Positions 48,173 through 56,535 of a DNA stretch of 64,000 nucleotides are shown in pieces. Source of the stretch: Sulfitobacter sp. (GTDB lineage: Bacteria > Pseudomonadota > Alphaproteobacteria > Rhodobacterales > Rhodobacteraceae); NCBI GenBank assembly GCA_039967155.1, contig JBDVSG010000159.1, positions 10,020 through 74,019 on the forward strand. The letters run 5' to 3'. A program made the translations under genes and the position numbers. Position 1 is the first letter of the stretch. The number at the start of each line of letters is the position of its first letter. The notes below the pieces were generated by a model. The model was not told the origin of the DNA, ran no database searches, and was given only the letters and a program-made list of their open reading frames with translations.

Positions 48173-49063
48173 ATGAATTTCAAACAAATGACCTATTTTG
48201 TTGCGGTCGCCGAAGAGCTTCACTTTGGCCGTGCTGCGGAGCGGCTTGAGATGGCGCAACCGCCGCTTAGCCGCCAAATCAAGCAGATTGAGGAAGAGCT
48301 GGAAGCAAGCCTTTTTAACAGGGGGCGGAGCGCGATCACACTCACGCAAGCAGGTGAAAAATTGCTTGAACGAAGCAAGTCCATTCTGGCCCAACTGGAC
48401 GATACCAAACTTGAAATCAGGCGGTTGGGGCAAGGTGCCGAGGGTCGCCTTCGCATCGGGTTTGTCGGGTCCGCCACCTATGGGATCGTGCCCAGCATCA
48501 TCAAATCGTTCCGCGCAACCTACCCGTTGGTCAACATGAACCTGATTCCTCTCAACAACGCCCAGCTTCAACGACAGCTCGTTGCGCGCATGATTGATGT
48601 GGCCTTTGCCCGCCCAGCGTTGCGTGACTCCGAGTTTGCGATGAAACAGCTCGTGGATGAGGATTTGATCATTGCAGTGCCAGATACGCTGGATACGGGC
48701 ACCGGACAGACCACTGATTTGGGAATGCTCGCTGCGCATAACCTGATTTTGTATCCCGAATACCCGCGCCCCAGCTATGCCGACACGGTGCTAAGGGCAT
48801 GCATGGATGCTGGATATGAAGTCCCAAACCGTGTGTTCACAATGGACCTTCAAACGGCGCTTAGCCTTGTGGCAATCGGCGAAGGCGCTTGTATCGTGCC
48901 TGCATCTGTGGGCTCGGCTACGCGGAATGGAATAAAGTTTCTTAGGATTGAGCCTCAAATTGGGCGTACCGCAATTTCGATCAATTACCGATTGGATGAG
49001 CAAGGCGTTCATGTTCACAACTTCGTAAAGGTTGCTCAAAGTGTCGCCAGAAAACTGACTTGA
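48173..49063 (+). CDS. LysR family transcriptional regulator (CatR-like)
   Basis: MTYFVAVAEELHFGRAAERLEMAQPPLSRQIKQIE. Sits among cat genes. Confidence 0.88.
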   Translation: MNFKQMTYFVAVAEELHFGRAAERLEMAQPPLSRQIKQIEEELEASLFNRGRSAITLTQAGEKLLERSKSILAQLDDTKLEIRRLGQGAEGRLRIGFVGSATYGIVPSIIKSFRATYPLVNMNLIPLNNAQLQRQLVARMIDVAFARPALRDSEFAMKQLVDEDLIIAVPDTLDTGTGQTTDLGMLAAHNLILYPEYPRPSYADTVLRACMDAGYEVPNRVFTMDLQTALSLVAIGEGACIVPASVGSATRNGIKFLRIEPQIGRTAISINYRLDEQGVHVHNFVKVAQSVARKLT

Positions 49064-49094
49064 GACTTAGATACTCGCGCCTCAATCCTTTTAG

Positions 49095-50231
49095 CTATGC
49101 GCTACAGTCGCGGCGAAAATGTGCAATTTTGTCGGCATCCAAGGTAACACCGATGCCATTGCCCTTGGGGACTTCAACGTGAAAATCCCTAAAGATAATG
49201 GGGTCGGCCAAAATATCGTTGGTCAACAAGAGAGGGCCAAAAAGCTCGGTGCCCCAATGCAGTGCCTCAACCGTCGAAAAGAGCTGAAGCGCCCCAGCTG
49301 TACTTAGGCCAGTTTCAAGCATTGTGCCCGCATAAAGACCCAAGCCCGCAGCTTGCGCAGTTGCAATCACTTCTGAGGCTCGCTTCAGTCCGCCAGACTG
49401 ACCAATCTTTACGGCAAACACGTCAGCAGCACCCCGTGCTGCGACAGCCAAGGCATCCTCTGGGCCATTTAGAGACTCGTCAGCCATGACCGCAATTTCA
49501 TAAGACCTTGTGAGTTCTGCCATAGCGTCAAGATTGCGGGCTGCTACAGGCTGCTCAACCAACTCGCATCCTGCGTCTTGCAAACCCTTCAGCCCCCAAC
49601 GCGCATCTTGTAGTGACCATGCGGTATTAACATCAACACGAACGCTCGCGTCATCGCCAAGTGCTGTTTTTATCCGGGCAACATGCGCGATGTCATCACG
49701 TACAGAACGTTTGCCGATCTTGAGCTTGAAAATATTGTGACGGCGAGACTCGATCATTTCGTGCGCTTCGGTGATGTCGGTGTCACAGCAACCCGATGCA
49801 AGTGTCCAAGCGACAGGTAATTTATCCGACACAGCCCCGCCGAATAGTTGAGATACGGGCACGCCAAGACGTTTTCCCAACCCATCCCAGAGAGCGATTT
49901 CGACAGCTGCTTTCGCAATGCGATTGCCGCGGACCAACGTGTCTATGAGTTGCAGCGCACCGTTCACATTGTCGCCGCTGCGGCCGACGAGAGCAGGGGT
50001 AATATATGAAGTGATCGCGGATTGAATGCTTTCAGGACTTTCAGGGCCGTAAGCGAGGCCACCTATCGTCGTCCCCTCACCAAGTCCTTCAGATCCATCC
50101 GAGAACAAGATCCGCACTAAGACTACGGACTGAGACCGCATAGTCGCCATCGAAAGCACGTGACCTCGGATTGTTGGGAGATCGAGGATAATCGTTTCGA
50201 TCCGGTCGATTTTTGTCACAAGCATCACCAT
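49095..50231 (-). CDS. catB: muconate cycloisomerase (MR/MLE enolase superfamily)
   Basis: 378 aa with KLKIGKRSVRDDIAHV, VRVDVNTAW, MADESL metal/acid-base motifs and MLETGL. Confidence 0.88.
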   Translation of the reverse strand: MVMLVTKIDRIETIILDLPTIRGHVLSMATMRSQSVVLVRILFSDGSEGLGEGTTIGGLAYGPESPESIQSAITSYITPALVGRSGDNVNGALQLIDTLVRGNRIAKAAVEIALWDGLGKRLGVPVSQLFGGAVSDKLPVAWTLASGCCDTDITEAHEMIESRRHNIFKLKIGKRSVRDDIAHVARIKTALGDDASVRVDVNTAWSLQDARWGLKGLQDAGCELVEQPVAARNLDAMAELTRSYEIAVMADESLNGPEDALAVAARGAADVFAVKIGQSGGLKRASEVIATAQAAGLGLYAGTMLETGLSTAGALQLFSTVEALHWGTELFGPLLLTNDILADPIIFRDFHVEVPKGNGIGVTLDADKIAHFRRDCSA

Positions 50232-50365
50232 GCAATTGAGTTTTGATCTTTATCAGAATGCAGTTTGGCACATTCTTCTGTCTATGATTTCCTAGGTCTT
50301 GGTTGATACCCTAAATGCCAACAGCGTCGTTCGCGTATCAAGATCAATTCCAAATATGAGAGGAG

Positions 50366-50647
50366 CTAGGGGGAGTGGCCAATTTGTCTAGTTGTTGGGA
50401 ATAGTGTCAGGTTCCGATTTCGGGTGAGCATACTCCAAAGACCCCGTGGCTTCAAAAGCATGATGGCAACAGAAATTAGCCCCAGAATGATCATGTACCA
50501 ACTGCCAAGATCCGCCAGAAACTCCCTCAACACGAAGAACAATATGCAGCCAATGATTGGACCCTCAAGCGTGCCAATACCGCCGATCCCGACAATAAAA
50601 ATGACCAAAATAGACCAATCATTGACGCTAAAGGCAGCCTCCGGTGT
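50366..50647 (-). pseudogene. C-terminal fragment of a branched-chain amino-acid ABC permease (LivM/LivH-like)
   Basis: ...ILVIFIVGIGGIGTLEGPIIGCILFFVLREFLADLG...LLKPRGLW is a typical Liv permease tail. It is fused in-frame to an IS orfA stub inside track ORF 50366..50830. Confidence 0.6.
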
Positions 50648-50815
50648 GATCCTGATCTTTTCTTCGGATGAATATTGCTTGCGCGTTGCACGCTTGATGT
50701 CTTTGACGATCTTCTCGCCGGGGCTCTGCGTTGTCTTTCTCATCGTCCACTCCTCAGTGGCTATGATGAGCAACAAACACTCTCTTAGCAAACACAGCCA
50801 TTTGGACCCATAGGC
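50648..50815 (-). pseudogene. left end plus first 32 codons of an IS3-family orfA (remnant)
   Basis: From ATG 50743: MRKTTQSPGEKIVKDIKRATRKQYSSEEKIRI. The upstream about 70 nt parallels 42127-42195. Confidence 0.6.
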
Positions 50816-50861
50816 GCTGACGTCAGACAAGGTCTGCTTTTTGTGGGCGCAACAGTTTCGT

Positions 50862-50985
50862 GCTGTAGAGCAGCGAATGTCCGGTTTCCGCCCTTATGCC
50901 GATCGACACGAACGGCCCAAAGCGGACTTTGACCATGCGATCCGGTGCTGCGCCGCATATTCTCAAAAGCGGACATTGAGGAATT
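50862..50985 (-). repeat. dispersed ~80-120-nt repeat (inverted copy)
   Basis: The rc reads ...gcagcaccggatcgcatggtcaaagtccgctttgggccgttcgtgtcgatcgg, aligning with 58950-59005. Confidence 0.55.
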
Positions 50986-51200
50986 GTGACCATCCATCAT
51001 TGGTCTAGGCAAACGGAAGTTGCCACAACGCCACCTCACTGGTCACTCTCAGGAGAAACTGGTCTGACGAACTTTGGTTCTTTCTAATGATTTGACTGAC
51101 AATGGTTTTGTAGTGTTCTGGTACAGGTACACGAGATCATCCGGACAGCTATATTGCGTAGATGTATAATACTTCAAAGAAGCTTGGGCTGAGGTAATTT

Positions 51201-51872
51201 TTGATGGGCGAGAACGTATTGGGTGTCTTAGTCGGCGTGTTCGCTTTTTTGCTCATTGCCCCAGTTCTTTTAGCACTCGGTGATGTGTTGCCTTGGCTTC
51301 TGAACGCACCGTGGCTTGTACTTTCGTTCGGCGATTGGCTTGTTTTGCTGGTTATCCTAACACTTACCTTCTTGGCGCAATGGATATTCCTCATGTACGT
51401 CAACGAACGCAAAGAGATAGCTATTATGCGACTGATGACGTTGCTTCCCCTTTGGGCAGTATACAGTTTAGCAAAATTCGCATTTTCAGCTTTTGGTTTT
51501 GATTGGGTGGACGGGTTGCCTTGGATTTCGTTTGGTGAACTGACCGGAATGCTGCTCGCTATCCTTGCTTTACCCTTGGACTTCGGAATTGGAGTGGTCG
51601 TTGGTTACATTGATGGTCATTCCATTTCAAACGCGACTTGGTGTAGAACTGCTCAGGATTTCGCTCTTCAATCTGGGTATGATTTGACAGACGTTGGAAT
51701 TAGGAGAGGCCTAAGCATAGGCTGGAGCCTTGTTTTTAGTGAAGCTGCCGGCGAGTACATGTATTACGAACGCCTCCAACGAGAATTTTTCGACTTTGAC
51801 CTACGTAGCTCGTTCAGCGGTGCCTACCAGCTTGTGAAATTGGGTTATACATTTGGTTGTTTTTCGGCGTGA
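51201..51872 (+). CDS. hypothetical polytopic membrane protein
   Basis: 223-aa ORF with about 5 TM helices and a soluble C-terminal about 80 aa. No recognised motif. Convergent with the 52327-57060 operon. Confidence 0.5.
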   Translation: MMGENVLGVLVGVFAFLLIAPVLLALGDVLPWLLNAPWLVLSFGDWLVLLVILTLTFLAQWIFLMYVNERKEIAIMRLMTLLPLWAVYSLAKFAFSAFGFDWVDGLPWISFGELTGMLLAILALPLDFGIGVVVGYIDGHSISNATWCRTAQDFALQSGYDLTDVGIRRGLSIGWSLVFSEAAGEYMYYERLQREFFDFDLRSSFSGAYQLVKLGYTFGCFSA

Positions 51873-52326
51873 ACGGTTGTTTTCGCACGTACGCAACGCC
51901 TTAGTTGCTAAGAGAGAAAAGAAGCCAGATGATTGGCACATTCTTGCTGCTGCGCTTACGGCCCTTTGCTGCCGTTGACTACGACATCTAAATGCTGCTG
52001 TCGCAGCCCGCATTGCCGCTATTCGCTGCGCGTGCAAATTTGGAGCTGATCGAACTCACAGATCGCGGGATAAAGCAGCCTTTCCCGAGCTGTAGATGAC
52101 GGCTTGCTTTTCGAATCTGCTTTCGGGATTCGACTGTTTAGCAACTATGGAGCAGTGGATTTTCAATGCGCGTAATGCTTGTGTTAAGTGATTGATTTTA
52201 TTAGAATTGCGCCGAACGGTGCTAGTGGTTTTCTAAATTGAGTATGGACACGCGGATTGCACAATTCAAGCCCGCCTTTCACATTGCACCTGCTTGGCCA
52301 TAAGCAGCGTCGCAGATGCTAAAGCA

Positions 52327-53328
52327 TCAGTAGTTCATTTCTTCCTGAAACCGAAAGTCGCTTTGCAAACAGTACTTAATCGACAGAGCGGCGTTCAAAG
52401 CAGCCACATGCTGCCATTCATCGCTCTTATCGCTGTCGGCATAGTCACAACCAGCCCGAAACACGAGCCACTCTACATTTGCCAAAACACAAGACGTCGC
52501 GAAGCCCGAGGCTTCCATTTCAACCATTGTAATAAGTCTGTCAATCTCATCCGATTGCTCCTTAAAGCCTCCGTCCTTTCTTAACGTTTCTCCGGAAAGT
52601 AATTTCTTTACACTGAATTTAGGATCAAAAGTTTCGAGTTGTTCCTTCGACGGTACAAGCCCATCAATCTGCGGTATCAATGAAAAAATCTCGTCTTTGA
52701 AAGAAGACTGCTCGGAATAACGATTTCGTCGATCTGCGTGTGTGGAAATCAAGTTGTTCATTTCCTCAGAGATATTATCCACCTTGTTTTCAGGCAGCTT
52801 CCCGTCAACAGTTTCGACGCCGCCAGCAACATAGGTAACTGATGAAAACGCATTGCAAGTGCCTAAAGCTTGGTCATTACGAGTTCCTGCAATGCCACTT
52901 AGTATTACTAATCTCGGTTTGTGTCTTTCTATGAGTTGGCTTGTTCGAGGACCGGAGTTAAGATTCATTTGGCTATTGATTGTAGTAAGGACAACGCTGA
53001 GTGGCGCTAGCCCGCCACGTCTGGATAAGTCAAACTCAAATACACTCAACGATTTCACTCGGGAGGTCGGATTTTCAATATCTTGCCCGAAAGCTAACGC
53101 CGCCGAGCGCAATTCAAGTGGTATCGGGGTTACGACTAAGACATCGCAGCCAAAATCGGTATCACTTTTGACCTCAAAGTTCTCCTCTTCGTGCATGCGT
53201 GCGACCAGATCTTCGTTCAATAGGTTGTGCATCCCAAAAACGTCGGTATCCATATCCGCAAGTATTGCTCGCCCTGGCGGGCTCCGCATTAGAGAGCTCA
53301 AAGCTTTCAAGAATAACTGTTCAGACAA
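52327..53328 (-). CDS. PNP_UDP_1 (nucleoside phosphorylase / nucleosidase) family protein
   Basis: 333 aa. Fold-typical strands DVLVVTPIPLELRSAALAF, RLVILSGIAG, MVEMEASGFA, LVFRAGCDYAD. TTG start 2 nt after the upstream stop, with an AGGTGG SD 7 nt upstream. Confidence 0.72.
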   Translation of the reverse strand: MSEQLFLKALSSLMRSPPGRAILADMDTDVFGMHNLLNEDLVARMHEEENFEVKSDTDFGCDVLVVTPIPLELRSAALAFGQDIENPTSRVKSLSVFEFDLSRRGGLAPLSVVLTTINSQMNLNSGPRTSQLIERHKPRLVILSGIAGTRNDQALGTCNAFSSVTYVAGGVETVDGKLPENKVDNISEEMNNLISTHADRRNRYSEQSSFKDEIFSLIPQIDGLVPSKEQLETFDPKFSVKKLLSGETLRKDGGFKEQSDEIDRLITMVEMEASGFATSCVLANVEWLVFRAGCDYADSDKSDEWQHVAALNAALSIKYCLQSDFRFQEEMNY

Positions 53329-53330
53329 TT

Positions 53331-55121
53331 TTAGGCCACCTGGATTTCATGCGAAGGGGTGGGAATTGTATAGAGCGGACGAATTGGATATCGTACCCGT
53401 AGCTCTCTGTCGGTCACCTTAAGAAGGGCTACTCCCAGCACTATGTCTAGGCCGATTTCGTCCGATAGAAGGTCCAAGCACTCAAAAGTAGCTCCTGATA
53501 CAATTAGCTCATCGACTACTATCGCCTGCATTCTTCGATCGCCCTTCAAGCCGGAAACCTCTCTCGCATACTTGACTTGCTCAACTAGGCGATCGATTTC
53601 GTCCAAGTGTTGTGCCAGCACCCCGGAAAGAGTAAATTTGCCCCTTTTGACATCGGTGAGATCATTCAGAAGGCATCGCGATACTGCGATCGATCTTTCG
53701 TTAGAAGTGCCTACGATGTGTTTAGATATTCGGCGCGCGGCGTCTTCGTTGACACACAATATTAAGTCGTTTTCTGATAGATTTCTTGAAATACAGGCCC
53801 GTAACTGGCTCCTGATGGCTAGAGTGAAGAACGCCAGGTTCCACTTTGTCATATTCCTAAAGTTTGGTACCGCGGGCAAAAATTCTCTATCTGGTCCGTA
53901 TTCTTCTGGTACAAATCCTGCTTCGATCATCATCGCCCAAATCTCTGCAGCTGAAAGCTTGTACTTCTTATGCGGATAACGGAGCACATCAATGTCAATA
54001 GGTAACGCCTTCCACATATCTTGGACCAAGGATGTATTCGTAACAACTGCAGCTTCATAGTGCAGATCAATCTGCATCACAGCATCTCCCTGCAGCCGTA
54101 ATACTAGTTTGCGAACGTTCTCGTCCACATATTTGCTATTACCCTCGTCAATTGTGCCGAGGCACCATGCAAATTCCGGCGGAGATGCGATGCCGCCTAG
54201 TATTGAGACAAACTGACCACCGGACCTAACTACAGAACAAAATACCGCATATTTTTTGTCGCTAACATCATGCAGCGAAACCTGATCGTGCCGTTGTATC
54301 GGCACAAACTCAATTCTCGAGTCGGCTAGCTTACTGGCATCATTAATAATTGTCGAGAACCACTCACGATCAGACAGATAAAATATCACGCTTATGTCGT
54401 TGGCTGCACAATGCTCGATCTTTTTCTGACAGAGCTGCAAGGCGTATTCACCACCCCTTGAAAAATCGTATGTAAAGGCAAATTTCTCCCCCACCGTCTG
54501 GCCGGTAAACAGACCTGGAACTCTAACGATAGTTGCCTCGTATTTTTTTTGAACGTTTGCAGTTTGCTCAAGGTAACTCTCAACGAAATCCTTCTTAACA
54601 TCTTCGCCAACTATATGAGCGGTCGATTTGTCTGTCGTTATGTTACCGGATGTAGCGTCTCCAGTAAATATAACGAAACCTTTCCCAGACCTCTTTATTT
54701 GGTCTAGTGCGGCAGCTTCAGGTGCTCCCTCAAGTAAAGAGCCGGGGCAAACAACAATAATTGCGCCGAGGCCACTTGCCAGCTTACTTTCGCAAAAATC
54801 AGCAATCCCAAAAAATATTTCTGGGTCAATTGGGTCAAATTGATTTGGCCCGCCTAAATCAAGAATTACATTTTCATTTGAACCTAGATCAGCCAGTGAC
54901 GCTTCCAACAGCTGCTTTACAGCACTACTAGCCATCCTAAAATTTGTTGAAATCCACTCAATCGGCAATATAGTTTGTAGGTTTGAAAGCGGGAATATCC
55001 GACTTGCTGCGTGCAATATCGATGCTTGTGCGCGGTCACCTAATTCGCGTCGAGTAGACTGCCCGAATCGTATAGGAAGAATATAATGTGTGCCACTTTG
55101 GTCAAATTCGAATGTTTTCAT
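53331..55121 (-). CDS. large protein with C-terminal type-I phosphoribosyltransferase (PRTase) domain
   Basis: 596 aa. PRPP-binding loop MQAIVVDELIVSGATFECL near the C-terminus. A possible second degenerate PRT-like segment (YAVFCSVVRSGGQF). The start ATG overlaps the upstream stop (ATGA at 55118-55121). Confidence 0.68.
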   Translation of the reverse strand: MKTFEFDQSGTHYILPIRFGQSTRRELGDRAQASILHAASRIFPLSNLQTILPIEWISTNFRMASSAVKQLLEASLADLGSNENVILDLGGPNQFDPIDPEIFFGIADFCESKLASGLGAIIVVCPGSLLEGAPEAAALDQIKRSGKGFVIFTGDATSGNITTDKSTAHIVGEDVKKDFVESYLEQTANVQKKYEATIVRVPGLFTGQTVGEKFAFTYDFSRGGEYALQLCQKKIEHCAANDISVIFYLSDREWFSTIINDASKLADSRIEFVPIQRHDQVSLHDVSDKKYAVFCSVVRSGGQFVSILGGIASPPEFAWCLGTIDEGNSKYVDENVRKLVLRLQGDAVMQIDLHYEAAVVTNTSLVQDMWKALPIDIDVLRYPHKKYKLSAAEIWAMMIEAGFVPEEYGPDREFLPAVPNFRNMTKWNLAFFTLAIRSQLRACISRNLSENDLILCVNEDAARRISKHIVGTSNERSIAVSRCLLNDLTDVKRGKFTLSGVLAQHLDEIDRLVEQVKYAREVSGLKGDRRMQAIVVDELIVSGATFECLDLLSDEIGLDIVLGVALLKVTDRELRVRYPIRPLYTIPTPSHEIQVA

Positions 55122-56473
55122 TGTTTTTCTTGCTCGGGGATACTTATGCTAATCAAGTTTCCCAAGAATTTTGGTAAATTATTTGGCAACTCTTGGATAT
55201 CCACAACATAGTCATGTCTCTTAATTTTAGAGCCATTGAGTTTCTTGCTTTTTTTACCCTTCGTTACTCTTATGATTACGTTGGAAGTGCGGATGATTAC
55301 CTTTCCTCCAAAGTTTGCCACCGCAGTATCCAGCAGCAAGTACAAACCCATCCCAACTGATGCCAACCTCGGGTCGTCCTCAGTTGTTTCCTCGGTACTT
55401 GCATGGCCAAACAGCGTTGGTGACATGCTTACAAAAGGCTGTAATACAAATAGTAGCTTTTCACTAATATGACTTGACGGTTCGGCATCGAGATCAGAAC
55501 CGACAACTCTATCAATCGATTGACTTTTACTTTCCGAGTTCTTCCACTTTAAACGATAGCTCCGAAAGTACTTTCCGGGGCTACTTGTTCGGAATGTCTT
55601 TTTTGTCGCTAGATTTTCTTCAATTAGATCTAACAGTGAGCGGCCGTTGTCCCAGTAATGAACTACTGCGCTTTTACTTGCTTGCTTTTTGTTTCTTTGC
55701 GTCTTGTTGAATGGCAACGTGAGTTGTTGGCTTCTGTCGTATATGTATCTGGTGTGAGTAGCTGTTTGTACTATCTCCGCGGAGGGATGACGCAAGGCAT
55801 TGAAAACCGCCTCAAAGATCACACGTGCTGAAAAGTAGCGTACATCAATTCCAAGATCGCGCTCTAATAGTGTCTTAACGTTATGGTTTTGCCAGAAGCG
55901 TTTCTCATCGTTGGCGAGCTCTGGTTTCTCATGGACATTTGACGGGACCTTTATGGTTCGGAAACCGAAAAAATTGGGTCGGATCGATTCGTCATCGTCA
56001 CCATCGTCGTTCGTCGGAATTTTGTAGTGAGTTGGAAATTCGTCTAGGTCAAAAGTTGACTGCGAATCGTTCGGAAAAAAATACTTTTGTCTCGTCTCGT
56101 CATCACTAAATCGATACATTCGTCTACCGGTTGCAGCTTTGAGAGCGTCGTCAAAATTCCAAACTCTCATAATGTCCCGAACAGATTTTTTCTCAGGTAG
56201 CGAAATCGTTGTGGAGATGCCATTGCGATCCCATGCAGTAAGGTAAGAAATTAGAACTTGTGCGCTATAGCAATCCATGAACGTCACGTGAGTCAGATCG
56301 ACATGGATGCTTTGCACAGCACCACGGTTCTTCCGGAGCGTTTTAGCCAACTGCAGCTCAAACTGGCTGCCTACCATCGCTTCCTGAATGCTTAAAAGCA
56401 TGTAGGACCTGTTGGGTTTGGAGAATCTTCGGCTGATAACTTTGTCATAATGCAAAGGTAAGTAGGCGAACAT
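55118..56473 (-). CDS. STAS-domain / GHKL (SpoIIAB-RsbW-like) ATPase-kinase fusion protein
   Basis: 451 aa. STAS-like SIHVDLTHVTFMDCYSAQVLISYL...VRDIMRVWNFDDAL. GHKL N-box FEAVFNALRH, DNG, GMGLYLL. No HisKA H-box. Start (56473 vs the internal Met, codon 25 at 56401) is uncertain. Confidence 0.62.
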   Translation of the reverse strand: MFAYLPLHYDKVISRRFSKPNRSYMLLSIQEAMVGSQFELQLAKTLRKNRGAVQSIHVDLTHVTFMDCYSAQVLISYLTAWDRNGISTTISLPEKKSVRDIMRVWNFDDALKAATGRRMYRFSDDETRQKYFFPNDSQSTFDLDEFPTHYKIPTNDDGDDDESIRPNFFGFRTIKVPSNVHEKPELANDEKRFWQNHNVKTLLERDLGIDVRYFSARVIFEAVFNALRHPSAEIVQTATHTRYIYDRSQQLTLPFNKTQRNKKQASKSAVVHYWDNGRSLLDLIEENLATKKTFRTSSPGKYFRSYRLKWKNSESKSQSIDRVVGSDLDAEPSSHISEKLLFVLQPFVSMSPTLFGHASTEETTEDDPRLASVGMGLYLLLDTAVANFGGKVIIRTSNVIIRVTKGKKSKKLNGSKIKRHDYVVDIQELPNNLPKFLGNLISISIPEQEKQ

Positions 56474-56535
56474 GAGATAAACTCAACGAAATTCGCCCAA
56501 TGGTTCAACGATCCTGTTAAATTTAGACTGATCTG

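Noticed and set aside
48167-48739. 190-aa ORF antisense to the CatR-like LysR gene
   Set aside because: The LysR frame has a canonical HTH. The antisense frame has no recognisable features.
50366-50830. 154-aa ORF as a genuine gene
   Set aside because: It is a chimera of an IS3-type orfA N-terminus and the tail of a Liv-type permease, preceded by non-homologous residues. It is annotated as two pseudogene fragments instead.
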